64,000 nucleotides of DNA from Chrysemys picta bellii (lineage: Eukaryota), in assembly GCF_011386835.1 (NCBI RefSeq), contig NC_088802.1, forward strand, positions 57,412,001 to 57,476,000, written 5' to 3'. The notes below the pieces were generated by a model, which saw only the letters and a list, made by a program, of their open reading frames with translations, did no database searches and was not told where the DNA came from. Made by a program: the position numbers and the translations under genes. Below are positions 1-13,500 of this stretch, in pieces (the first letter of the stretch is position 1; each line of letters starts with the position of its first letter).

Positions 1-531
1 GGGACCAGCAGCTGTACTTCCCGAGGCAGCAGGAGGCGGGGTGGGGATAGTTGGGGGAAGTGCTTCTGGGTTCCCAGAGGAGAAGTCCTGAAGCAGTGAG
101 AGGGAAGAGTAATTAAAATAAAAATATATTTGTAGCTATTTGGACAATTATAAGATTTTAAAGGTAAATAATTTACTGTAGTCACTGGATAACACATATT
201 TCTGTAGTTAAAATTATACAAAGAAATAATTATTTAAAATTATGGTTTATATGCTTTGAATGTGAGTGAATTGGTTATTTAAAAATAATATTTAAGATTG
301 AAAATATAAAAACTGCACTGCGATGTAGAAAGCACTGCTTGGGTGATGGTTTTCCAGCAATTAGCAAGGTGGTTGATGTTGTAAAGACATTCGTTGCAGT
401 TCACATAAATCTTTACTGAAAAATAATTTGAAAACCTGATCCATAGGGAGAGTGCTTTATTTTTCTTGGGTGGTCTTTGTTCAGCTCCATTTTATAGTCC
501 TCGTACAATATATTTTAAAATAACAATGATC

Positions 532-624
532 CATAGAATATCAGGGTTGGAAGGGAGTTCAGGAAGTATGTAGTCCAACCCCCTGCTCAAAGCAGCTAAT
601 CCCAACTAAATCATCCCAGCCAGC
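532..624 (-). mobile_element. CR1 LINE 3' end fragment
   Basis: catagaatatcagggttggaaggga...tagtccaaccccctgctcaaagcag, the reverse complement of the CR1 3'UTR with its ATTCTATG tail. Confidence 0.75.
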
Positions 625-1569
625 GGATTCTTTGTCTGTGAAGGTGAGGTTGCTGCAGGAGGGCAGGAAAATGTGAGGGGGGGGGGGGGGAGACAGCGAA
701 GGGAGGAAGTTGAAAAGGGAAATGTAGGGGGAAGGTAGGAAATTAGTCTGGGGAGAATCAAGAATAATAGGCAATGGGGATCGGGGAGTTACCCGGTCTT
801 AGGGATGAAGAGGGCAGAGCAGCCAGGGAGAGGTGTGCATTTTTGTGTGCATTAAACATTGACTTTTCAACTTGAAATTCTCATTTACACACTGGAGAGA
901 AGTAGTGGGGAGTTAAATATTTTTTTAAATCTTTTGATTTGTTTTTAGTCTATGTCGTGATTTTTGATCTTTTGAGGTTGGCCATACGCTGATGTTATGG
1001 GAGGAGCAGTGGGGTCTGTGTAGCAGGAGACAATATCTCTACTCTGAGATGGGGCTGCACCATGTAACATTTCTAAATTTGACTCTGTATTATAGCTCCC
1101 AGCATGCCCTCCTCCCCGGGTTACTGGGGCGGAGAGGGAGGGGAAAAGAGAGGGGAAGAGCAGAACTACAATCCCCAGCATGCTCTACTCTTCCTAGTTA
1201 CAGGGTTTAGAGGATGGCTGTTGTAAGGGCTGGGGACTGTATCCCAGTAACAGTCAACGGGTACATGAGAAGAGGCTGTAGTGAGTTTCTCCCTATCCTG
1301 GGAGAGTGGAGTTGGGACTGGTGTCCTGCAGGGCTCCAAGTGGGTGTTTATGGGGTGGGAATGGCTCTGGCTCTGAGCACTATTTGTATCAGTCCTGCTT
1401 ATCCTTAGGACCATGCACTATAGTCCAGAGATAACTGCTTCTTGCCTTTCACAGTACAGCCTTTACTGTCCACCAGGTTTTCCTGCATTCCCTGCTCTTC
1501 TCTGAGGCCAGCTTGGTCCTTCGTCATGTGGAAGACAGGAAGGGAGTGACATTAGCACCTGCTGTGGCA

Positions 1570-4500
1570 ATGGAAGAGTTTCGAAGGGCCTATATCCAGT
1601 TATGTAAGGAGAGTGGTGTTCAGCCACAGGAGACAGTCCTGCAGCAGCTACATGAGCTCCGGGAGGGGCCAGGACAAAGCCACTTGAATTTTGCCACCCA
1701 GAGCCTTTCTGTGGATACATGCAGAGTCCTAGGGAAGCTTTTACAGGACGAGATCCTGTTTACGGAGATCCTGCTGAGTGACTGCATGCTGAATGAAGAA
1801 GGTGGGACTCTCTTTGCCCACAGGGAGACACTTGCATGTGTGCTATACGTCTGAACCGTGAGATCTGGGAGTCAGGCTCACGCTGAAAGTCAAATTCTTA
1901 ATCTTAAGGGAGTTGCTTTGAAGAGTGAATAAATGTGTGCTTATGGGCAAAACTGCAGCCCCATGCACAGGGAATTAGATCCAGGATTCTTGCTAATAGG
2001 AATTTGAGTGTTTGAATCTCCTGGCCTTACATTTACTCTATAAACTAATCTGTCTCAGAGAGAATATTATCTAAGCCCAAATGAACCCACACATTCTGTT
2101 TGCATTTTTTACTTTTTTACCTCATCAAGTTGTTTGAGCTTTGAAAGCTGATATATGTTCTTATTGAACTAATCTTATCACAAAAGCAAACCTCCTTCAT
2201 ATGTTTCAACCAGTGATGCCAAGGTGGGTGGTGGGGTCTCGTTCTGTTCAGGACCTGGGTCTGAGATGCTTACTGGGACCACATACAAACTATTTTGTGA
2301 GCATGAATAAAAGATCTGAGCCCCAGAAACTCCTTGCACTGCTTGCATGCTTAGGGAAGGTTAAAGGGACATGCTGAACACAATTAGGATGAAACTTTCA
2401 TATCTCAAACGGACAATATTTTTACTCTCCAATCCCTCATTCCAGGGTGTATGAATGCATATGCAGAGCTTTTAATTTTTATGGGTGTTGCTGTTGGGCA
2501 AAAGCTTTATCGGAAAACTATGTCTTAAATATAGATCTGTACAGTCAGGCTTGGGCTCAATCTGGTATCTCCAGAAAGGGGACTCACCACGTGGAATACT
2601 CTGCCTCAACCACTTAACAGTCTAAAACAGGGTTTCTGCCGCTGCATTGTCCCTGTAGAGTACAGCTACTTTAGAAAAATAAGAGAGAAAAATACAGTGA
2701 TCAGAGATCTTTAGGAGCCCACATTAGTAAGAGGAAGGACTAGGGGGTGTTGGAAGGAAGCTGTTTGCAGTTGGAACATGAGGTGTGATTCTAGCTGTGC
2801 TGGACTAATGAGGCCACAGAGTTGCTTGAAACTGATTATGTGCTTTGGTGATTCCCTTGGTGCCCTGCTGCATATGCCAGAAGCACATTCCCTCTGCCTG
2901 GGAGGACTTGTCTGTTGTACATTTCCACTCATACGGCATGTTTCCACTGCAGCTGGTGGCGTAATTTCCAGCTCACGTAGACATACATGAGGTAATTTTG
3001 ATGGCGTTTGTGTGCTAAAAATAGCAGTGTAATTGGGGCGGCGTGGATAGCGGCTTGGACTAGCCACCTGAGTTCATACCTAAGTTCTCTGACAGGGCTG
3101 GACTCGGGCAGCTAGCCTGCGCTGCCACCAGTGCTGCTGCAGCTTTGCTAATATTTGTAGTATAGCTTGATCAAAGCTAGCAAGTGTACATCTACCCAAG
3201 CTGGAAGTTAGCCCTACAGCAGCAAGAGGAATTATTTGCAGCTGCAGTTGCTGAATTTACTTTCTGGTGGCTCAGGGGCCTGGAAATGAGACTTGGAGTC
3301 TTTACCCTCTACATGAGAACATACATAAGAGCGGCCACACTGGGTCAGACCAAAGGTCCATCTAGCCCAGTGTCCTGTCTTCCAACAGTGGCCAATGCCA
3401 GGTGCCCCAGAGGGAATGAATAGATCACTAGTTTCAGTGTGGGCCAAGTCAGTGGCAGCCAAATGTTGTGTGAGATCTCTGTCCAAACCCTAGAGGAGAA
3501 GTGTCTACACAAACCACCCTATCAGCAGAGACCAAGGGCTGAATAAGCCATAGAGTCTGAAGTCCCCCCTTACTCCTAGAAGAGGGTTCTCAGACCAAGG
3601 CCGTGATCATAGTGGCAGGGCTTGTGAGAAGCCTCTACCCAGGCTCTAGCTGGTCTGTGTGTAAAGAGAGGACTCCAGGTCAGGTTGGCATTTTCCAGCA
3701 GCACTAAAGTTACTTGCTAATGAAATAGTTTCTCCCGGTAGCTACCTCTCCTTGACTGGGGCTGCCGGGGTGAAGAGGTGTTTATTGACACCTCATGTTC
3801 AGGTCCAGGAGAGGGTTGAAGTTCTGTGTGAAATATAAATATCCTTCTTTTCTCTTTCACAGGGGTCAGACATCTGCTGAATGGACTTTGCTCCAACACT
3901 GTAGTAAAATCTTTGGACTTGAAGGTGAGTTTGTTTGACTTTACTTGAGCAACTCTGAGCACAAGTCTTGGCCTTCAACACAGAGAAAGCAATTGAGGAG
4001 GTTACAGAGGTGCAGATCTCATGGGAATTGGGGATGGAAAGACCCGATGATCCCATGCAGGCCACCAGCTGAAGGGACCAGTGCAGGATTGTTCCCTTTT
4101 GCACACTTCCTAATGCGGTGTCCTGTCCATTGTAATTGCCTCACTTGATGGGACTCCCAGCCCTTCTCTTAGAGAGACTGCTTCACTGCTTGGTAGAACT
4201 CGCTGGCGGGAAGGTTTTCCTAATAATCCGTTGCTAAGGCCTTGTCTACATACAGAAATTGCATACTTTTAATCTAAATCTTTTTTTAAACTGATTAATT
4301 TAAACTGGTGCAAACTCCTGTGGACACACTTATTTTGGTTTAATAATGACTTAGTTCAGTTTAGTTTAAAACTGTTCCTAATTGACTTAAGCTATAATGA
4401 ATTACATCTGTTTTAATCTGAAGTGTGTCCACGTAGCCTTTTGCACCAATTTAACTAAATTTCTTTAAAATCACACATTAACTACACTCTGATCTACACT

Positions 4501-7500
4501 TAACATTTAGATCACCTAGATATGTTGCTCAGGGGGAGTGGAAATTCACACCCCTCAGCATTGTAGTTAAATCGACCTAATCCTCAGTGTAGATGCAAAT
4601 TCTTCTGTTGACCTAGTAACTGCTTCTTGGGAGGTGGATTAACTACATTGACGAAGAAACCCTTCCATCAGTGTAGGAAGTGTGTGCACTATGGCACTAC
4701 AGCTCTGGTGCTCATCGTGTAGACACTGCCTACAACTGGTTCAACTTTCTCATATAGATCAGTCCATCTTTACTTACTCATGGGCAATTATTACTGTGTG
4801 TCTCCCTCTTAGCTGCTGCTTGGTCAAGCTAGACATATTTAGGTCTTTTACTGTTTCAACATCAGTGAGGGAGTCCCCTGGTTATCTGAATTGCTCTACT
4901 GTGAAGTCCCTCCAGTTTATCAATATCTTTCTGTTAACATGGTATGGAGAACTGAACACATTATTACACCAGAATTGCATGTGGAAAGGACTATCTGCCC
5001 TGGGTCTGTCATATGTTGCCTTTATTATACAGCCCAAAATTGTGTTTAAAAAATACTAGCAAAGCAGAATCTGGGTTCTGATTGAATACTACCTAAAAAT
5101 ACACATTGCAACACTGTGGCACCTTAGAGACTAACAAATTTATTAGAGCATAAGCTTTCATGGACTATAGCCCACTTCTTCGGATGCATATAGAATGGAA
5201 CATATATTGAGGAGATATATATACACACATACAGAGAGCATAAACAGGTGGGAGTTGTCTTACCACCTCTGAGAGGCCAATTAATTAATTAATATCAGGG
5301 GCTCGTTCACCTGCACATCTACCAATGTGATATATGCCATCATGTGCCAGCAATGCCCCTCTGCCATGTACATTGGCCAAACCGGACAGTCTCTACGCAA
5401 AAGAATTAATGGACACAAATCTGACATCAGGAATCAAAATACTCAAAAACCAGTGGGAGAACACTTTAACCTGTCTGGTCATTCAGTGACAGACCTGCGG
5501 GTGGCTATATTACAACAGAAAAACTTCAAAAACAGACTCCAACGAGAAACTGCTGAGCTAGAATTGATATGCAAACTAGACACAATCAACTCCGGTTTAA
5601 ATAAGGACTGGTAATGGTTGGGCCATTACAAACATTGAAATCTATCTCCCCTTGTAAGTATTCTCACACTTGTTATCTAACTGTCTGTCTGTGCTGGGCT
5701 AGCTTGATTATCACTTCAAAAGTTTTTTTTTCTCTTAATTAATTGGCCTCTCAGAGGTGGTAAGACAACTCCCACCTGTTTATGCTCTCTGTATGTGTGT
5801 ATATATATCTCCTCAATATATGTTCCATTCTATATGCATCCGAAGAAGTGGGCTATAGTCCACGAAAGCTTATGCTCTAATAAATTTGTTAGTCTCTAAG
5901 GTGCCACAAGTCCTCCTGTTCTTCTTTTTGCGGATACAGACTAACACGGCTGCTACTCTGAAACATTGCAACACTGACAACCAAGCTCAAGTTATGGGTG
6001 TGTGTATATGCAGTACAGTGGGATCTGGAGCCCCTGGATAGGTCACACTTGCCACAGATCCTCAGGGGAGAGTGTAACAAAATATTTATTTAAAAAAACC
6101 AAAAACATTAAGACAGCCTTCTGCTAGGACATAGTATCATTCTGAGTTAGTTCCCAAACCCATCCATCATGCCGCGCTCTGCTGTCAGATGAGCCCTTCC
6201 TGGTGAAAAGTCGAAATGGCCACCAGATGCCAAGAGTCTGAGGCTCCCTTCTTATCACAGGCAAATGATGATCATATTTGGCACCACTGTTTCCATGTGG
6301 GAGGTATTTGGCTCCCCCATGTGGAAAGTGTTTCCCGTCACAGTGAGGCCAGGCAGCATGTTTCTGTTTGGCACTGTCACCAGCAGGAGCTGTGCATTTC
6401 CACGCGAGGGCTGGAGAGCCTGGGTTTAGTGGGCAATGTGCATGGGACCAGTGTTACCTACATGTGATAAATCATAACCACAACTTGGCTTTGGCACCAC
6501 CCAGTGTATCAGGCGGGATGAAACGGGACACCTTAAGCCACTCACCTGCAGTATTTGTTTCAGGGGAATAACCTGCGAGCTCTGGGTGCTGAGGCTTTGG
6601 GGAAACTCCTCAGGCAGAACAAATCCATCAGAAGGTGAGGTGTAAAGTCACTTCCACCCGTCTGTCCACTATGTGCTGGGTGAGTGGGTGCAAGGCTCGG
6701 GGGCTTCCTTCTCTGCTGGACCAGAGCTGGGGTGGACATTGGAGAGCTCCCTTCTCTTTGGAGTCTGGTCTTTGTTGGCTAGGGTGGGCCTGTGATTGGG
6801 TCCCCACAGGAGCTAGGCTGAGGCAGCCCCTTCAGCCTCTTGCTGTTCCTTGTTCCTAGGGATGTAGATTAACCTGCGACTCCTGTTTAACTTTCCCCTC
6901 AGCCTCACCTTGGAGTGGAACAGCCTGGGCATGTGGGAGGAGGGCTTTTCCCTCTTCTGCCAGGGACTAGGAGGCAACCGCTTCCTCCAGTGGCTGGATC
7001 TGCGCAATAACCAGATTAACCACCAGGGAGCAGGAGAGCTGGCCATGGCCCTGAAATGCAATTCCAGCCTACAGGAGCTGGGTAAGAGCAACTCTCCTTC
7101 GTCAGGATGTTATCACTTTCAGGTGGTACCTTTGGCCTAAGTTCCCTCTAAGCTGCGTGGTCTCACGCAGCTGCCTATTAAGCCCTGCGCAGGGGCTTGA
7201 GGCTGCAGCGGGGAGAGATGCCTCTCTCCCAGCACGAACCTACCACAGCGGGGAGAGGCGTCTTTTCCCGCTGGCCCCAGCACCGACCTACCCTGGATTT
7301 GCTGCGGCCAGGGGAGAGGCGCTCCTTCCCTGGGCCCAACCCAGCCCCAGCATGGACCCTGCTGTAGCCAGGGGAGAGGCGCCTCTCCCCCCCCAGCCCA
7401 GGTGCTGCTGGGGGGAGTCCCCTCTCCCCGCTTTAGCCCCCGGGCAGCGTGCACCCCAAACCTCTCATCCCCGGCCCCAGCCAGAACCCTCACCTCCCCC

Positions 7501-10500
7501 GCACCCCAGTCCTCTGCCCCAGCCCAGAACCCCACACACACACTCAAACCCCTCAGCTCCACCACATGAATTTTGTTATGTGCACCAATGTGGAGGTGAT
7601 ATGAAATTCATTCCGCACATGCATGGGAAAAATTAGAGGGAACACTGCCTATTGCACTGCCTCCCCATTTCCAGTCACTCCAGAGCTGCTCAGAGACTCT
7701 GTGCCAGTGGCAGCCCTGGCAGCCTCTATACAGGTTTCATGATTTAGATAAGCAGGGGCTAACCAGAAACTCTGGAACGGAAGCACAGAATCTAAATCTG
7801 GGTACCTGGTGCAGTAGCACCACCCTTGGGGTTGATGAGAAGAGCAAATCCCCCAGCTTATGACTGTCCTGTTGGTTTGAGACTCGTGCATCTCATTCCA
7901 GGCCCTGAGGTTTCTTTGTGCAGATGCCCTGCTGCCCCAAATAGAAGCCTTGATAGAATTTCCCTTCCCCTCCCTAACTGGGCAGAGGTTGCTGCTGTGC
8001 TGTCTCCCTGCAGGGAGTTTTTTCTTTCAGACTAGCAGCAAGCTTCTTGGCTGGGCAGCCTCTCCTAGGAAGTTGGGTTTGTTGAATAATGACGTGATGG
8101 GAACATCCTGCAGGCCTGCCTGGCTGGAATGGTTCCTTGCGCAGACTTTGCAGTGTGTGCAGCGTTTATTGCAGGTCCTTCTGCAGGATGCTGAGAGGGT
8201 AGATGAAGCTGCATTTGCTATATGTTTGCACCGTCCGTCACTTTCTCGTTCCATCACTCTCAGATGGTGAACCACACCCACTGGTGGCTTATGCTGAGGC
8301 TCCTGGGGGGAGCTGACCCACTGTGCAAGGGTGCCATGTGTGAGGAATATATTCAGTATGGCCTGATGGTGCTGGTGCTATTGCCAGGGTGATGGTTTGT
8401 TGCCCCTCTAGATTTGCGTTGGAATAACATTGGGCTCCTGGGGGGCCGAGCGTTACTGAGCTGTCTGCACAGCAACAAGACCTTGAGGAGACTGGAGCTG
8501 GCTGGGAACAACATCCCCAGTGACATCCTGAAGGCTGTGGGTATGTGGCCAATGTTGTGTGGGAAAGACGTGTGCATTCTTCTTCTCACCACAGGGACAT
8601 GGATGGTGATGGGGCTGCTGCTATCTCAGAGGAGCCCCATGTCTCCCACTCCCTGACAGGAGCCATTTAGGGCCCTGCCTGCTGGTAAGGGAGGAGTTGT
8701 GCTGAACTCAGGTATGCAGGGAGCTGCACGGTGCTAAGGGGAGATACGTTGGAATTTTCCCAGTTCCTCCCTGCAGAGATCAGCTAGGGAAGGAGATGGT
8801 TGGGTTTGATTGAGTGCAATCTTGGAGTGTCATGTAAACAGGGAAGGACTCCCCCTTCAGTGGGGCTTTGTATTGTCCCGTAGTGGCTGTGGTACAGTTT
8901 GGAAGTTGCGAAAAGCAGCCCCCACTGAGCTGCATTGTTGTTGTGGGTTGGAAGCTATTTCTTTAATACAGAACACTTCCTTCACTCTATCCATTGCACC
9001 CATATTGTGGGAACAGTCTCCCTAACGGGTCCATGCGGAGGCCACAGGGGTCTAGGTATCATCCTGCTGTAGAACCTCTCTCTGCTCTATTGTTATGGAA
9101 ATGTGCGTATCTACTCTAGTTCTCTCTGTGTCAGAACAAGCCATGGATCACAACCAGGATCGCCAGACCATTCTGGCTGAGAACCACAGCCGGACACGCG
9201 TGCTCAGTAAGGAGATGTTTAATCTGAAGGAGGAGAAGGCTAAGCAGGTGAGTGGCCTCCTAATGCTTCAGCAGCTTGAGTGGGGCAGCCATGAACACTG
9301 GCTTTCCTGCGAATTGTCTTTGTAAAGTAGCACAGTACCAGGAGTCCTAGCCCAAGGAGCCACTTGCACATGTTGACATGCTGCATTTGTACTTGCAGTA
9401 GGCACACAGCATCATACAGCAGATTGGGGCTAGGTCGCCCTTGGGAGCAGATCCACCAGTTGGATTGTTGCATTGGAAACATCCCATGGCTGAAACACTT
9501 GTTTCTGGGAACCAAAGGATTTCAGTGGTTTCATTTTCATTCATCCTGTTCTTTCTCTTACTGGGACAGTTCAGTACTTTCCAGTTTATGAAGTTGTTAA
9601 TACATATGATTTCCACATCCTCTCCCTCTCTGTGGTACAAAGTCTCTGAGACAGAACACTAGCTTTGATCAATGACCATAGACCAACCGGGTGGTGACGC
9701 CCATCAGATCACCAGTTTGGCTTCTTCCAGGAGATCAGCTGGTGCTGCTCCCCATGCAGCCCCAAAGGGAGGGTAGGGAGAGGCAGGTCTAAATGCTACA
9801 AACTCATGCAGTTCACGGTGTCACTGGTGTTTATCTCAATCTCAGTTCCTGGATTTGATGGACACTATTGATAAACAGAGAGAAGAAATAACCAGGAGCA
9901 GCAGGTCAGTGAATCTCTTGGCTCCCTCCTCGCATAGGGGGAAAGATCGGGTTCTCAGAGGGAAGTCTTGGATGGAAGTCTTAATTTCGAGTTGCTAATG
10001 TTTTTCTTTTCCCAATTCAGGACATCAGCAGCACGAGTTGGCCAGTTACAGGAAGCCCTGAATGAGCGGCAGTCTGTCATGAATTCACTAAAAGCCAAGT
10101 ACGAGGAAAGAATCTGCCCAGTCATTCCATTGTCTGAGAAGTAGGCTGTACTGCTCAGAGCTGTGGAGAAAGGAGGGAGTAGCTGGCTCACTATTTCAGT
10201 CGGTATTTTTTTAGTACCTAGAGGTCCCAGTCAGGATCAGGGCCCATTGTACTGGATACTGCACAAATGTAGTAAACACAGCGACTGCCCCAAAGAGCTT
10301 GCACACTAGAAGAAGTAACAGACAAGCAGGTGGGCTTAGGAATGGGTTGAAGGGGATAGTGACAAGGCAGACCATTGTGGGGATGGGCTCCCAGCAGTTT
10401 GCAGGCTGGAGAGAGAAATGGATGCTAATCATGTCAGTTTCCAGGGCACCTGGGAACTTGTTGCACTGGACAGACCTAGATGGAGAGGTCTGTGCATGAG

Positions 10501-13500
10501 GCTGTGTCCACTCTTAAGGAGTGGCGTGTGAGGTCTCTGCAGGAAAGAGAGCACATCATAAGGCCAATGCCTGAAGCCCTCTGCCCAACAATGACTACAC
10601 TTGCAAGGCATGCAACTGCATTTGCAAATCAGGGATCAGACTCGTTTCCCACGTGAGAAGCCATAAAAACAAATAAGCCCCAAACTTAAGTCAATGTCAG
10701 CTGAACTCTCAGCTGTCGAAGTGATGGGAGAATCCAACAATCATGTTGGATCCACACTGGCCACCTGCCTCACTGCTGTCAATTGGCAATTTCCCATCAG
10801 CATTGATCCCTGTGGAAGTGGATCTTGTACGGGGTTTTGAGGGAGGGCGGGTTGGGGCCTGACAGATTGATACAATAGGGGCATTCTGTGCATTTATGGG
10901 AGAAACTGAGAAATGAGCTGCAAGACCTGGTATCACTGGAGAGTGTTAAGTAGATGGACAATGCAGAGCCGGCAGAAGGCAAAAGATGGGCTGTATAGGG
11001 CTGGTATGGAGGAGAGGACATGGGCTAGGCTATCCAGGGGTTGGGGACAAGCAGCCTCTCTTTGCAGAGCGGGAGGGAGTTGGCCCATTTGCTGTGTGTG
11101 TTTAAGGCCAGTTCTATACTACAGACTTCTGCCAGCAGAGCAGGGGTGTGGTGAGGTGTGATTCTCACAGACCGTGAAGAGGGACCCAACACCTAGATGA
11201 GTGGGCACATTAAATTCACTGTTGAGAAATGCAATATAAGGGGCAGGACATTGAAGGAATAAGTGGAGCTACTCAGGCCCCTTATTGGTGTATAAATTAA
11301 CTGTAACAACTGAAGGAAAAGTTCTCTAAGTGTCCTGTAAACAGCTCAGCGATCACAATCAGATGCTTCTATTCAGCCTTTTTTACAAGAGCAAAATTGA
11401 AAGGCAACAAATTTGAAAGGCAACAAATTTATAACTGATAAAAAAATATTTGTTACACAATGTAAAATTAGTCTGCTCAATTTCTTGCCTCAAGTTTTCA
11501 TTACAGCCAAGAGCTTAGTAGGATTCCAAAAAGGATTCAATATCTCTTGATAATGAGAGCACCCACAGTAACATTAGATGTGATACAGATACATTAGGGG
11601 ATACAAGTCCTTGTGCTTCAAGATCTGAGCTAACCACTAACTGATGAGGGGTAGGAAGGAACTGCCCCAATGAGCAAGTTATTTTGTAATTGGAAATTCC
11701 AGAGTTTCTTGCACCTTCCTCTGAAGCAGCTGGTACTGACCATTGTCTGAGACAAGAGGCGGAGCTGGGAGGACCCCAAGCTGATCCTCTGTCTCTTCCT
11801 ATGTTGCTGTGAGGTTGTGTCTTGCTGCATATCCTGTGCTGTCCAGTGTAGAGAATTCATTGGGACTATGATGTATTTTTGGGAGGGACAAAGATTAAAA
11901 TCTCAGCTGTGCCTTCTGCTGTGTAGACTGCAGATGACTGAAGCTGCATTGGCTCTGTCTGAGCAGAAAGTGCACAACTTGGGAGAGCTGCTGAGTGCCA
12001 CAAAGCAGGAGCAAGCCAGCATGACTGAGTGCCAGCTGAAGGAGCTCCGGCAGCAAAAACAGGTGGGCTGGATTGTGGGTTGGACGGGGCTGGTCAATAT
12101 TTGATTCTGGGTGGCGTTCTGGTTTGGGGTGTCAGGGGATGCTGGATGGGATGAGAAGTCAGCTGGTTCCGTATATGAACTGCTGTGAACTGAAGTACAG
12201 AATAGTGACTGGAGAATGATCTGTACTGTGAGTGGGAGAAAGTTATGGTGTTGGGGACTTGGGTTATTTTGAAGTGGTATTGGATGGGGGTGTGGGGCCT
12301 CAGGAGGTCTGGGATGGGCTTTCCTAATCCTGGGCTTGGTTTGCAGGAAGCTGCTGATCGGGAAACAAAGCTGCTCCGGGACCTATCTGCTGCCAATGAG
12401 AAAAACCTGCTTCTAAGAAATCAGGTAGGAGAGCAAGCCTAGGCTGAAACATGGGATGGGCCTGAGGAATTCCCAACATGTTTTTTACTTTGCTAACTGT
12501 GTGTAGGTTTCCAGACCCTTTCCTATGCTCCCACTGGCTAGTGGCCATGCTCAGCCAGCCACCCATCCCAGTGCTAGTGGAAGCAGAAGCTTTGTTTGTC
12601 TTCATTTCATGGTGGTGATTTCCGTTCAGGTGGATGAGCTAGAGAGAAGGTGCAAAGCCCAGCAGGACCAGCTGTTCCAGGTGAAGCAAGATTTGACAAA
12701 CACAACAGCAGAGCTGAAACTGCGGGCCGTGCAGGCAGAGGGTGAGTGAAGGAGCTGGGCAGCCAGGCCTGGGGGGAATCAGAGAATTGAGTTATGGGGG
12801 AGCCAGACCCTGCAGTCCGAGCATAAAGATTTATACTGAGACATTTAGTGTCAGGTGAAGGGTGTGGAGTACCAGGGCGAGACCTTGGTTGATAATCCGC
12901 TCTCCTTTAACCTCCAGAACGCCTAGAAATGGAGAAGAAGAGATTTAAACAGGGCCTGGAAGATGTGGAATCCCTTCGAATGAAAGAGGTAAGGACAGGG
13001 CCGCAGCAGCAACTGAACCAAGTCTCCCCACTGGCCTCTGGGCTACTGACCCCTTTGGTTTAGTTACTGGGACTGTTTGTTGATGTCAGGTGAGGATCCA
13101 GCAGCCTCTGGCTCATCCATGGGAACAAAAGGCCATTTATAAAAATAGAAACTCTTTCCCGCTGGCCTGAGCCTGGCAGGAGAGATTGCAGGGCACCCTG
13201 CTGCTAGGCCATCCAGCAAGGTTTTGCAGTGTACTCGGGTGTCAAAGAGATTTGTCCTTTCATCCTGTCCCCAGAGGGCAGTAACTGAACAGGTGGTGTC
13301 ATCATTTTTATCCTGAAAAAGCTGTTTTGCTGGAGCAAACAACAAAATGTCTCAAACACCCATTTGTGCAATTCAGGGCCAGTGATTGGGGCTCGGCTCT
13401 TGTCACGTTCTAGGGTGCAGTTCACACCAGTGAGAGGTTGTATCACTGTTGTATTATATATAACCTGAGGGCCTCAAAATTTTCTGCAACTTGTGGCTCC

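Larger units (their letters stand above)
5117..5962 (+). mobile_element. Penelope-like element, 5'-truncated with inverted pseudo-LTR; GIY-YIG endonuclease C-terminal fragment
   Basis: Frame 5291-5614 encodes [31 protein letters not shown]...GHKSD...VGEHF...[14 protein letters not shown] (GIY-YIG with CCHH). In-frame continuation WLGHYKH* (to 5638) suggests a nonsense change at 5612. 174-bp inverted arms at 5115-5288 and 5735-5908; 14-bp target-site duplication ACATTGCAACACTG at 5103-5116 and 5963-5976. Confidence 0.92.

Noticed and set aside
1-1450. CENPX exons (syntenic upstream neighbour)
   Set aside because: No frame on either strand resembles CENPX as recalled; it is presumably left of the window.
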